DNA of 64,000 nucleotides, taken from the NCBI GenBank assembly GCA_964016885.1, contig OZ024742.1:78244001-78308000 (forward strand), given 5' to 3'. A program made the position numbers and the translations under genes. Within the stretch, counting starts at the first letter, position 1, and every line of letters begins with the position of its first letter. The notes under the pieces are model-generated. The model ran no database searches and was not told the origin of the DNA. It saw only the letters and a program-made list of their open reading frames with translations. This DNA is from Eledone cirrhosa (Eukaryota). This document shows positions 1 through 12,661 of the stretch, in pieces.

Positions 1-519
1 CTCATATACACACTCATTATTTCTCTCATTTCTCTCTTTATCTACCACTCTCTTTTCTTTTCAATTGTTCATGAAATAAAAACCAGTGCAATAACAACGT
101 TGTTAGCACCTACAATTTCCCAGCAATACATCGGTTTAAGAAAAGACCAATTCTGATTCAATATTCCCGTCTAAGTTATGACATTATTTCACATACCCAT
201 GTAATATGTTTCACGAAATAATCTTCCTGCATTCATCTCCAGTTTATCATTAAGAATTTTGACCAGCAAACCCAGCAAGCTTGCATGGCGAGGATGATGA
301 TATTGGACACCCTGCGGGATGAAAAACAAGTCTTGTCAAAGCGAGGAAGAACTCAGCAGAGTCAACGTCCATCCAAATAGTGTGCACACATCTATGTAGT
401 CTTGTGTGGATGTGTATAAACTTTATGTGTATAATGTTATATATACATTCTATCTTTTCCATCTTTTATCGTTTATCATTTTCATCTTCTATGTATATGT
501 CTTGGGTGTCTGTCTGTGT

Positions 520-1250
520 GTGATGTGTGGGGATATCGTGCTGTTTTGAAGCTTCATGTATGAGCAACGACCACCACAGGAGCTAGCGATCTACCAGCTT
601 TCATGAATAAGATGGACAACTTAAGTCACCAAAACCTCAAAAGTCATCAATATCTTCAAAAGTCCAGCGATAATGGAAGATTGCTGTCGTGTGCAGACTT
701 AATAGGCCGAAAGCACATAGGCATGGACCTGCACGTGAGGCGGCACTTTGCATATCTTAACATCGCTGTATAGTCTTGATCAGAAATAAACTTCAGTGGA
801 ACGTTTTGTGTCTGTACTGTCTTATTTAAGAGAGTGCTACTCAACCCAGCTTCTGGGAAGGTTCTAGAAAAGGTGACCTAAATATCACTTGCTCAACTTT
901 TGAACTGGTCGGTATATTGCGCCTGACAGCAGAGTTCCCAGCAGCTAAAGCCTCATTCAAACAATTAAAAGCAACACTTCACCAGGGACTGAGAACAATG
1001 AACAATAAGTGGCGGGCTAATGCTGCTTCAGAAACTCAAAATGCATATGATAGGAAATACTGAGGAACACTCTACAAGATCATTAAATAGGTCTTGGAGC
1101 CTAATAAATGAAGCATGTTGGCTGTATTATCCAGGAATGTTGGTATTTTGTGAAAGAATGCTGATGTTATTATGAAGCGATAGCAGGGACATTTGACTGT
1201 TTGGTTTCAAAACCCATCAGAAATTGATCTAGAGGTTATAGACAGACCTG
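520..1250 (+). mobile_element. Highly degenerate LINE fragment, probably RTE-like (end of APE domain/linker)
   Basis: Relatively GC-rich purine-biased stretch with remnants resembling the region just after an RTE APE domain; no intact ORF. Confidence 0.3.
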
Positions 1251-1269
1251 TTGCTGAAGGATAAAGGCT

Positions 1270-2260
1270 GGGATTGTTTAGTAACAAGGGAGGAATATTT
1301 CAAGTAGGCAGTTTATCTCCCTTGTTGTTTATAGTGTGCATGATCCCTTTAACATTCTTACTTAAAGGAATAATATCTGGTTATGAATTTAAAGGAAAAT
1401 AGCAGATCAACTGTCTATTATCTCTGTATGATCTTAAAACATATGGTCAAGACGAGGCCCAAATCTGTTCATTAGTTATTGCAGTCCAATGCAGCGCTGA
1501 ATGAAATTTAAATTAAAAAAGTGTGGAATATTGATCTTGAAAATAGGAAACGTGCATAAGATAGATGTTATAGAATATACTTCTGGAGAAAGGATTAGAC
1601 ATAGATCAAATGGATACAAATACTTGGGGATATTTGAGATAGATGAGATTATGGGGGTAGGAATGAAAAATGTTTTCGCCCAAGAGTATGCTCGAAATTG
1701 AATGGGAGGTACAAGTTTCAAGCAATTAAAACTTGGGTAGTGCAATTATTTAGATGTGGAGCATTTCTCCCAAAATGCGATGTTGATAGGCTGTGAAGGT
1801 TGTGTGAGCTCCAAGGAAAACGGTATTGAATGGTACATAAAGAATGCAAACGTTGCTGCATATGTTTGTGTGGAAAACGAGGAATTCAAAGAAGAAGATT
1901 GAGAAACATGACAATAGATGGAAAGAAAAGAAGATGCACGATCTATTTACAAGAGATGTTAGCAGAAAAATTGTGAATGGGAAAAAGAAATGTCTGACAA
2001 AATGGGAAGTGTGGGGAAAAGGGAATCATAGTGTGGCATATTGTTATTGAGTGTACAAAACTGGTACAAAGAGAATTTAAAATACGAGGCGACAACGTCG
2101 CAAGAGTCATACATCGAGAACTATGCGGCAATTACGAATTGGGGAAGGCAGATATATAGTATAGGAAAACCACAGAATACGACAAATCAAAACGAGAAGT
2201 TATGATTCAATGTGACCATGATGTTCTCCATAGGAAATCGAACATTGGGGTAATAAACCT
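1270..2260 (+). mobile_element. Degenerate R4/Dong-like (RT + REL endonuclease) LINE fragment
   Basis: ggaatatttcaagtaggcagtttatctcccttgttgttt is a decayed GIFQGDSLSPLLF; ORF piece 1501-1701 has KCG and GYKYLGI; similar to the ORF at 40202-42010. Confidence 0.6.
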
Positions 2261-2271
2261 TTAGAATTATA

Positions 2272-2762
2272 GATACTAGCAGAAAAACCACCCTTTCGGT
2301 GGTTTTCTGCTATTATGTGTAGTGTGCATATTGATATTATACGCAAGTATATATACATGTAGATATGATACATCAAATAAAATCGTAATTGACAATATAT
2401 ACAGAAATTGAACGAAGACTGCGTTACATTGTCGTATGTAATCAGTAACGTAATCCATGATACATTAAAAAAAGACGATATTATATATAAACTGCATTAG
2501 GAGAAAATTAGTGACGGAAATATGTGAATCTTTATTTAAGCGATTGCTAACCGCAAGTGTTGACATTTGAAAATTTTAAAGAAGTGAATCTTAAAATAAC
2601 AAAATTATTTATATTTAATCAAGAATAACGAAATTTAGTAGATAAATTATGTAATATTCATTAATTATTTATTCAAAGTAATCCAACTTATTTTACAAAT
2701 GGGATAAAACAAATATATTCTGGACGCAGTCCCGCACTCCTTACTTTATTATAGTTTAGATT
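2272..2762 (+). mobile_element. Possible Helentron-associated non-autonomous element (HINE/DINE-like)
   Basis: Starts ATACTAG with a subterminal hairpin tagcagaaaaaccacc-ctttc-ggtggttttctgcta (2277-2312); ends tttattatagtttagatt. Confidence 0.3.
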
Positions 2763-3037
2763 GCGTGGCATGAGACAACAGCGTCGCCGACAAAGAAGAA
2801 GAAACCCTGTAACACAATGACAACTTAAAGTGGGAATCATACACATTGCTAACAATGAATAAAGTAGACGTTGAAGTACTGAACTTCCTAGGTGGATAAA
2901 GAAGATTGGACTGCTACAAAAAAGCAATATATTTTGGGTATGTTCTGATACTCCGCAGATTCATCAAATCATGAATATACACACTGTGAGGTTACAGCTG
3001 TTACTTGGTTTCTATTCGTTTCTATTTTTCGCACAAG

Positions 3038-3153
3038 ATTAGCCATTTGAAAGGAGGGGAAAGAGTCGATTAAATCTACTCCAATGTATTACTGGTACTC
3101 TATTTTATACCGTAAGAATAAAAGCAAAGCTAACGTTGGTGGGATTTGAACTC
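3038..3153 (-). mobile_element. tRNA-derived SINE (partial, diverged)
   Basis: Reverse complement has B box gagttcaaatccc and the SINE body seen at 17383-17566 and 46173-46382. Confidence 0.6.
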
Positions 3154-3842
3154 ATAGATTATAATAATTATTATTATTATAATAATCATTATCATCTTCA
3201 TCTTTATCATTTCTATTATTCATATCTCTATAATTATCATATCTATCAGCTACAACATCACTTCTAACACCACTATAATAGGCATCATTATCATTGCAAT
3301 CATCACCATCAACGTCAACATTATCACCAACATCAACCCCACCACCAACATCAACCCCACCACAAATATCACCAATACCACGAACAAAGCCAATACCATC
3401 AACAACAATACCATTTTAATCATCATTTTTCAAACAGAAAATATTTTCAGTCAGATTATATACAGGAGAATTTTCATGGGTATTTGATTGTTCTTTTGTT
3501 TACTGGCTTCGATATTTTTTCATGATTCCTTTTCTAAATAGGCTGCATATAGGTAGATTGTGGTAAACTAGCAGTAAGTCGAAAAGAGTTAACACAACAC
3601 CGCATCATTTGTATATCGTGTGTTGCGTGTATTCATTAGATCCGAAAAGCTGCTTATGCGTAGATGCAGGCGTTTGTTGGTGGGATTTTTTTAGCGTGGA
3701 TTTTGTTCTGGTTTTTGTCTTTCATATCTTCATATTAGTTTTGGATTAGTTTTTCAGTTTGGCTCGATGGGATTTCATGAATAAAACTTTTATTCTAAAC
3801 CAGTGTTTAATTTTTTTGTTTTCCCAACACATCTTGTTATTT

Positions 3843-3866
3843 ATATATATACAGTGTGTGTGTGTG

Positions 3867-3948
<82 letters not shown>

Positions 3949-3974
3949 CTATGTGGTTGTCTGTGCGTAAATAA

Positions 3975-4044
<70 letters not shown>

Positions 4045-4045
4045 G

Positions 4046-4134
<89 letters not shown>

Positions 4135-4147
4135 GTATGTATATATA

Positions 4148-4180
<33 letters not shown>

Positions 4181-4420
4181 GTATGTACGCATTTGTGTGT
4201 GCGTGCGAGTATGTATGTATATCCATATGTGTGTATATATGTATTTATATATATATATTCATCTGTATATATATACATACATGTATGTATGTATATATAT
4301 ATGTGTGTGTGTGTGTGCATGTGTGTTTTGTGTATGTGTGTGTGTCTTTACGAGCGCGTGTGAGCATATTTGTCTTAAGGCATATTTATATGTGTTATAC
4401 ATATGTGCGTATATAATGTA
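3843..4420. repeat. Compound (GT)n/(TA)n microsatellite
   Basis: Direct reading; explains the YIYI/CVCV ORFs. Confidence 0.97.
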
Positions 4421-4851
4421 TTTATGTGGGTGTATATATTTGAGTGAATTTGTGTATATAATCATCTGTATGGTTTTGAATATAAAGTATTTGTGCGTTT
4501 ACAGTCACATACAGTAAACCTCATATTCATGACAAACACAATGTAGAAGCCGCTATAAATCATAAAATTGTATGTAATTCTATGAAACGCTGTGAAGTGG
4601 AATAAACACACAGTTAAGTTCAGCATGTGTAAACATACTTCACTTTTATAACAGTAATATGCTCAAAATACAGTTAGCTTTCGAGTTATATGGGCACAGA
4701 AATGGCTGCCTAATTTACAACCTTACGATGTGGTATTATGTTCGATCTTTGAGCAGCACATAGCCAACTATTTTCTGCGATAGCTTCACGTTGATCAATA
4801 ACTTGTTAATGGAATTTGATAAATGCAATATAACACATAACAAATACATGA

Positions 4852-4901
<50 letters not shown>

Positions 4902-4992
4902 CATTCTATTTTTAACTTATTTATATTTTCTTAAACGAAAATCCCATTGCTGAACTCTACCGCGTATGAATAGTTGAATTCCACTATTATAG

Positions 4993-5104
4993 GCTTTCTG
5001 ATGAAGTGTAATAAATAATTACGTATTGCATCTGATTGAACAATACATATTATATTCAGCATATGCAGACAATTTATAATAGACACGGAAACATATGTTA
5101 AAGC
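4993..5104 (+). ncRNA. Type I hammerhead ribozyme with long stem II
   Basis: GCTTT-CTGATGA-(a)GTGT..~75 nt..ACAC(g)-GAAA-CATATG-TT-AAAGC: perfect stem I, intact core, palindromic stem III. Confidence 0.7.
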
Positions 5105-5253
5105 AAATAAATTCCTAATCTCATCACGCAGACATTTTATTTTTCTAGGTGCAATACTTGCTTATATATATATATATATATATATATAAATGTATATATG
5201 GAACTAGCTGTTGAAACAGTGAGAGCTCAACCGCCAGGGATCAACACTTTATG

Positions 5254-5285
<32 letters not shown>

Positions 5286-7411
5286 TGTATATATATATAT
5301 ATATATTATTAAGTTTTATGCAAATAATTTCGTTTAATTTCTGATCGATACATGAGTAATAGATGTCCCTACATATATCGGAAAAGTCCTTTAACCAAAT
5401 CTAAATATAAGCTGCTAAAAATATGTAAACCCTTTTTTTATTATCAGCAGCAAGTAAAAATACACCAAACAAAAATAAAATATGGTGTTAATCAGAAAAT
5501 CTTGAGAATTTAACTTTCATATATCACTCTTGTTATAACTAGAAGAAAGTAACTTCTTCACTTTCTTAACTTGTGGTTATGTTCACTCCATACGGGCTTC
5601 ATATGGGAATACCTTATTATCTGCATGCATATCACATGCTACAAGCTGTGTCAGGTTATTGTTGATTAAGATGAGTTTATCCTGTATCCTATATTTTTTT
5701 CTTAACTAAATATGGAAACAATTTTCTGCAAACATTAATGAGACATGTTTGTTTCACAACTTCCAGGCATCATATTTTATTGCTTGCATTATTGTGAAAC
5801 TTTTTCAGAATTATTTTACATAATAGTGTTTATAATCATTCGTGGTAATCAACTGACTGAAAATATTGCACTAAAAACGTAAATATTTCATTATCTATAT
5901 GCTGTTGTAGTGAAGAAGTATTCGGTGACATGAAAAGAAGTTCAGCAAGTACCGACGTTTATTGTGAATTCAGATGTGAATTATGCTCAGTAACGTTGTC
6001 CAAAAAGCGGAAATGATGTGTATTATTACATTATTATATGACAACAGGGCAGACATGGTCGCCGAAACATTCTACAAACAAATCCTGAATAAAACAATCT
6101 TTTAAGCCATGATTTCCAAATTACACATTTTGTTGTTCATGGAGTAACAGAATTATAAACAATGATTTAAGTTTCCAGCCACGAGTGGTATTTTCTCCTA
6201 TAGACGGTGAGATTTGAGTTTCTCGACATTTAAAATTAGATCCATTCATTAGGGTTATAAAGGTTGACAGTGGAAGTCCTAATGTTTCCAAAACAACACT
6301 TTTTCCCCTTCTAAACTTATTAGAATCTTCAGTTTCGTATCACATATTATGGCTTTACACCTACATGACATGATCTGATGCTAAAGGTACTGAATTAATT
6401 ATTTCTTTTATTACCATACTTCAAAGAATTATATTGGTACGTAGTAATATGTTATAGTACAAGCAAACATTCCAGAATACAAAATCAAACCAAATATAAC
6501 TAACGGATATCTTCTTTTTGTAATCATTATAAAGCAACGCGACGGTTCCTTTAAAACTGTTCTAATTAAAGCTGGAAATTCCGAAGACAGCCAATCAATG
6601 GGAAAGATTTTGTTTGGTTGTTTTTCGTGATTTAGCCTGTTAATTTCATGCAATATTAAGCTTCGTTATAACGAACCTTCGATCATGGGAAAAATGTAAA
6701 TGGTGTGATGAACAAAAGATAGAGTACTCAGTATCGTGGGCAGAATATGTTATTATTCATTGCGCAAGTTACATTCAGTTTATTTTCCATTAACTTATGT
6801 TTCGTGCAGATAAAATGGATTTACCATCATTCCTCAGTTAGATTGTAAATAATGTGGTTATTAGTCAAGATGTGTTTCGAATACGAAAATCTCGTGTAGA
6901 ATAGGATTTTAATGTTTAATCTCGGATTTAATCAGAATAGAGATTTAAATTCGCTTGTATAAGGTAATCTATTTCGCTAAATGCTTAACAAGATAACAAA
7001 TACACCATTGATTTCGATAGAATATTTTGTGGTATTAATTCCAGCCAAATTATATTGACACTCACTTGTACCATTCAGCATAGCGAAACAGTGATTGACC
7101 CATTGGAAACCTGTATGCAAATATTGTTCACCTCTGATGTAAATAGTGTTCACCTGATATGAAATAGAAATAAATAAGTGTAGTATTTGAGTAATAGAAT
7201 CACTTGGACATTTTGTCTTTAAAAGAGTAAATCGACGAAAATATAAAGCGAACCATTTTACGTTAATTAATTAAAACGAATGTATTTTATTCTTTTGTTC
7301 GTTTGCCGGTTTCGATCACTAGACGGTAGCCATGCTGGAGCACCACTAAAAAGTAAATTAGTCAATCATATCAAGCTAGGTACGAATCTTTGCAAGTTTG
7401 GTACTCACCTT

Positions 7412-7414
<3 letters not shown>

Positions 7415-7494
<80 letters not shown>

Positions 7495-7495
7495 A

Positions 7496-7529
<34 letters not shown>

Positions 7530-7530
7530 A
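7415..7530. repeat. (CT)n(TA)n(GT)n microsatellite
   Basis: Direct reading. Confidence 0.95.
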
Positions 7531-8022
7531 TCTATATAATTAGTTATTGTCCCTGCGCGCTTCTGCTATTTCAGTCAACCAATTTCCACTCCCAAGGCCT
7601 TGGTAAACACTTTCCTGCAAGTGCTCTGCAGTGTGACAGAACCCGATCCTTAACCAGGTCGACCCTTAACCACGTCGCCCTGTCTATGCCTGTAGACAAA
7701 ATATATAGAAGATGATTAAATATGAGTTTATCGACATCATTCCTCCTCCCAAGTGTTTCCGACTACACAAACTTTGAATGTTATTGAAAAAGGAATTCAG
7801 TTGTCATCGCATCTTCCACATAAAATATGAAGTCTCAGAAATTTGCGAAATAGGAATCACTTTATGTCGTACAACAACCAAGTTGTGTAAGTGACAAAAT
7901 CAGTCTAATGTCAATCTCTATCATGTCTTCATAATTTTGTATTGCAATGAAACCATAGTATAGTAGACAGAATCTCCAATCAAGTATTTCTAAATTAGAT
8001 TATTTTCTCAAGCACAACCCAC

Positions 8023-8056
<34 letters not shown>

Positions 8057-8214
8057 TTTCGTGTAAGAAAAGGAAAGAAGAAACGGATAGATAGATAAAT
8101 AAATAGAAAGTAAGAGTGGTGTATAAATGCATAGACAGATGAAGAGATGAGAAAAAAAAGAGAAAACGAATATAAAATACAAAAAAGAACAGATGCTTGA
8201 GCGTGTGTATTTGT

Positions 8215-8356
8215 TCTGGTTATTTAACTAGAGTTCAAATCAAGCTGAGGTCAGCATTACTTTTATCCTCCCAGGATCTACCTATAAAAGTTCAAGTGAA
8301 GTACTTGGGTAGATTTACTCGACTTTTTCCTCTCCTCAAAATTGCTGGAACAGTTT
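8215..8356 (+). mobile_element. Diverged tRNA-derived SINE
   Basis: gagttcaaatc B box followed by a decayed body ending in cctcaaaattgctgg. Confidence 0.45.
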
Positions 8357-8929
8357 CTAAATTACGATGGATACTATTAGAATAGCTGATATGTAAAGCA
8401 TCTTTTTCTTGAGAGTTCTCATGACCAAATTATCTTTAATCTCGTGAGGTATGTATTCATTCCTTATCCTCTCCTTATTTATGGATCCATCATATCTGAC
8501 ATACTCATCCTGTCCCAGATACCTATAATTGCTACCTGACGTTTGAGGCTGTATTGCCATGTCGTTCATTTTCAGGTTTTCTGCAGAGCGCACAATTGTT
8601 CCAGGTTTTATTGTAAAAAAATGGCTATTTGGACTTATCAGATTTCATTCCAATGTGTGTGTAAAAAATTGGGTTATGTATGTATATATGTATGTATGTA
8701 TCAGGTGTATCAGGTGTATATTTTGTATCAGTATGAGTTGATATTTTATTTGTTCAGTAAAGAATATTATTATAAAGAATATTATTAAGTCTTGCGTATA
8801 ATATGTTTGACAAAAGACGGATGTTTTCAGTTGGAATGTTTTTATCATAATTCTCCTTATTCAGGTCTCATCACTCTGATGATAATCTTGGTTACATTGT
8901 CGTTAAGCAACTGGGAGTGCAAGACTTAC

Positions 8930-9122
8930 CCCAGGACAGGACGCCAGTCCATCGTAGGGTTAATTGTCTCCTATTGCTGGTACACATTTTCACCTGGATG
9001 TAATGGAGTAACGTGAAACGAAATACTTTGCCCAATACCTCAAGGTACTATCCTATCTAGGTATCGAAACCACGGCATTAACAACATTATGGTCGTCCAT
9101 CCAACACTTTAACCACTAGGTC
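8930..9122 (-). mobile_element. Diverged tRNA-derived SINE, second family (related to 17775-17972)
   Basis: Shares ggagtaacgtgaaa...cttgcccaa...tttaaccacta with 17855-17960. Confidence 0.5.
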
Positions 9123-9699
9123 CTGAGATTTCACTCATGCACATTACAATTAGAGATGTTTATGTCTAATTCCATTACCCCCGAGCATATATAAATAACA
9201 TCCCAGATAGTAGAAATCTAAGAAGCAAGGCAGTGTAAAGCCACACTAAATCTATGTACGCCATGATTATATTTCATGTGAACAAACGATCCCTAGCATA
9301 TTTCATGAAATTCATGATAGAAGAAATGCGAAAGCTGATGACGATTAAAAGGCTTGTAACCCAAACAAAACCAGCTTGTACATGTACAATGAATGGTTGA
9401 GACTCCGTTGCTAAGATAAGAACCCTGTTCACAGTAGTCTAGTGTCACGAGAAATCAGAGTAGACTCCCGACTGTGATAGAAGGATGTAGGTAAACGTAA
9501 CATGATGAGATTGGACATAGATATACTAGATGGGACACAGCATCAGTGAAGAGAAACCTGTCATTGAGCTCGATTTACTTCTGATACTACGATTCCAAAC
9601 ATTTTATATGGACTCATTTTACATGAATACATGATAGTGAGTATGAGTGTGTGAATGGTGAATGTGTATTGATGTAGGTATATATGCATATATATATAT

Positions 9700-9764
<65 letters not shown>

Positions 9765-10153
9765 TATGTATGTGTGTCGGTATCTGTGTATGCATGTGTG
9801 CGTGCGTGCATAGTAGGTTTACAGCTACTGCCATAATACACTCCCACAGCACAAGATTCTAAAGCTTATTACAAAGTTCCTGTAGCGTTGAGGTAGCTTA
9901 ATCTCATTATTTTCCTTCATGCATACACATATAAATACAGAGGAGTATGTATACAATACATATACACACACACCCCCTACTGAGACGAATACATGTATAT
10001 ATGTATATATGAATGTCATATCAGAGTCTGCAAATTTGAGCTTGTGTGTTGATTTATGTTAGCCCATTTGTATCTATACTCTTCTTGTATGTATGTATTT
10101 AATGTGTTTTATCTATTTCTTTCTGTCTTTCTCTTTCGATTTCTATGTGTAAT

Positions 10154-10350
<197 letters not shown>

Positions 10351-10354
<4 letters not shown>

Positions 10355-11103
10355 ATAATAATAAATTTGAAGACTAAAATCCAAAGAGGGCTCGATAAGG
10401 ATAAATATATATCAAATATTTATTTATTTATATACGTTTATATAATTATTTATTTATTTCTATACACGCATACACACACACACATATTTATATGTGCGTG
10501 GTTTTGTATACCTATGGTAAGTGTTTTGCATATGCTTGTGTATGTACGTATTTGTTTGCGTGTATGTATTTATTTATTTCTATTACTTCTGTATTGTATT
10601 TATTTATTTTGTTCTTAACTCTGAAGCGGAGATTCATTCGGTCTGCTAGTTAGAATTTTAGTCTACGACTTCTGCTATACCATTTACGTGGTTTTGTCTT
10701 TGCGTGCTATTGTTCTCCACGGTCCACATATGACGTATTATCTTCGTTTTGTTCCTTCATTGCCAGAGAACGTCTCTATGAATCACCTAAGAGAACATTA
10801 GTCTACGACCTCTTTTATACCATAAACGTGGTTCTGTCTTTGCGCGTAATTGTTTTTCACCGCTCCTATTAATGACGTATTATATTCGTTTTTTCCCGTT
10901 CTTTGCCAGCGAACGTTTCCACGAACCAAAGTATCGTCTTCCTGTCTTCCTCCGGTTGCAACGTTTTTTGAAATCTCCATTTCTGCGTTTACAGATTGAC
11001 TTTGTTAGTTTCAGAAGATCCCGTTAAGGGTGAAAGCAGCGATTCTTTGCTTAAACTTTATATATATATATATTTATTAGTCTTCAAATTTATTATTATT
11101 CCT
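10351..11103 (+). mobile_element. PLE-like remnant (family B) with short inverted ends between (TA)n tracts
   Basis: aataataataaatttgaagactaa at 10354 is the reverse complement of ttagtcttcaaatttattattatt at 11077; contains a degenerate HHR; same terminus recurs at 12428 and 48241. Confidence 0.55.
11007..11057 (+). ncRNA. Degenerate type I hammerhead ribozyme
   Basis: AGTTT-C(A)GAAGA-tCCC-gttaa-GGGt-GAAA-GCA..TGC-TT-AAACT; core U4 changed to A. Confidence 0.5.
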
Positions 11104-11162
11104 ATATATATATATTATATATATATTATATATATATATATAATATATATATATTATTATTC

Positions 11163-11214
<52 letters not shown>

Positions 11215-11439
11215 TTGTGTGTGTGTGTGGGGGGGGTCCTTATATATGTTTAAATATATGTGAGTGTGTGTAAAATATGTATATGTGCAGTGTCTACGTG
11301 TTCGCATCGATATATGTAGAAGTGAGCATGTCTATGGTTTGTGAGTGTGTGCGTATATGTATGTGTTTGTGTGTGAGTGTCTGTGTGTGTGCGCGCGCGC
11401 GTTTGATTCATTTTCTAGAAAAGTTTATTTACTAGAGTA

Positions 11440-12030
11440 TTACAACCCCACATCAGCAACACTGACAACAGTAACAACCACAATAACAACATTAACAACA
11501 AAAATATCGACAATACTAGCAGCAGCAGCGGCAATAACAATGCCAAGAACATCAACAATAACATCAACAACAATACCAGCAACGACACAATCAACAACAA
11601 TCCCAATAAAACAAAAGTGTTGCCAACAACAACGTTAACAACAACAATATTAAGACCAATAGCGACAACAATACCAACAACAACAACAATACCAGCAACA
11701 ACAACAATAATACTAACAACAACAACAATACCAGCAACAACAACAACAACAACACTAACAACAACAACAATACCATCAACAACAACAGTCCCAATAAAAT
11801 ATACTGTCAACAACAACGTTAACAACAACAATATTAAGAGCAGCAGCAGCAACAACAATACTAACAACAACAAAACCAGCAACAACAACAACAATACTAA
11901 TGACAACATTACCAGCAACAACAACATCAACAACAATCCCAATAAAACAAAATTAACAACAACAACAATATTAACAGCAGCAACAACAACAATACTAACA
12001 GCAGCAACTACAACAATACTAACAACAATA
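11440..12030. repeat. (AAC)n/(AAT)n-rich degenerate satellite
   Basis: Direct reading; cccaataaaa motif recurs at about 11602, 11790 and 11938. Confidence 0.9.
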
Positions 12031-12236
12031 ATACGAAGAACACCATCGAGTAGTAGCCACCAACGGCACACTTGTTTCCTCTTCCTCTCGGCATATGTTT
12101 CGACAACTCACACCTCACCAATCGAAAACTCATAGAAATTATAATTAAAGAGATGTTACAAGGAACTTAGTAAATTAATTAAAAATTGCTCTAAGAGGGA
12201 GAACATGTGTGTTTCTGTGTACAAGTGTGATTCTCT

Positions 12237-12268
<32 letters not shown>

Positions 12269-12279
12269 TACATATATAA

Positions 12280-12312
<33 letters not shown>

Positions 12313-12412
12313 GTAATTGCTTCTACTTTAGGCACAAGGCCAGGAATTACGCAGTGCATTACTGGTACTTTATTTTATCGACCCCGTAAGGATGAAAGGC
12401 AAAGTCAACAAC
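12313..12412 (-). mobile_element. tRNA-derived SINE, 3' half
   Basis: Matches the body of 17383-17566 (ctttcatccttacggggtcgataaaataaagtaccagt). Confidence 0.8.
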
Positions 12413-12427
12413 TATATATATATATAT

Positions 12428-12563
12428 AGTAATAATAATAAATTTGAAGATTAAAATCCAAAGAGAGCTCGATAAGGATAAATTTATATCAGATATATAA
12501 GAACCGCAGAGCAAATATTTATTAAAATAACGGATTAAAGCTTAAGCAAAGAATCGGTGCTTT
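12428..12563 (-). mobile_element. PLE family B 3' terminus
   Basis: Matches 10351-10414 and, in reverse complement, the HHR stem III region at 11033-11059; flanked by (TA)n. Confidence 0.6.
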
Positions 12564-12588
12564 ATATATATATATAATATATATTATC

Positions 12589-12659
<71 letters not shown>

Positions 12660-12661
<2 letters not shown>

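Noticed and set aside
3746-4517. Long ORFs of YIYI/CVCV/HTHT (also at about 10, 44.6, 48.7, 50.6, 56, 60 and 63 kb)
   Set aside because: Translations of dinucleotide and tetranucleotide microsatellites that lack stop codons
6429-6653. 74-aa ORF with a hydrophobic C-terminus (possible membrane-protein exon)
   Set aside because: No recognisable family and no open continuation in the surrounding AT-rich sequence
11415-12135. Mucin-like poly-Thr/Asn ORF and poly-Val/Leu antisense ORF
   Set aside because: (AAC)n satellite; no domain, signal peptide or splice support
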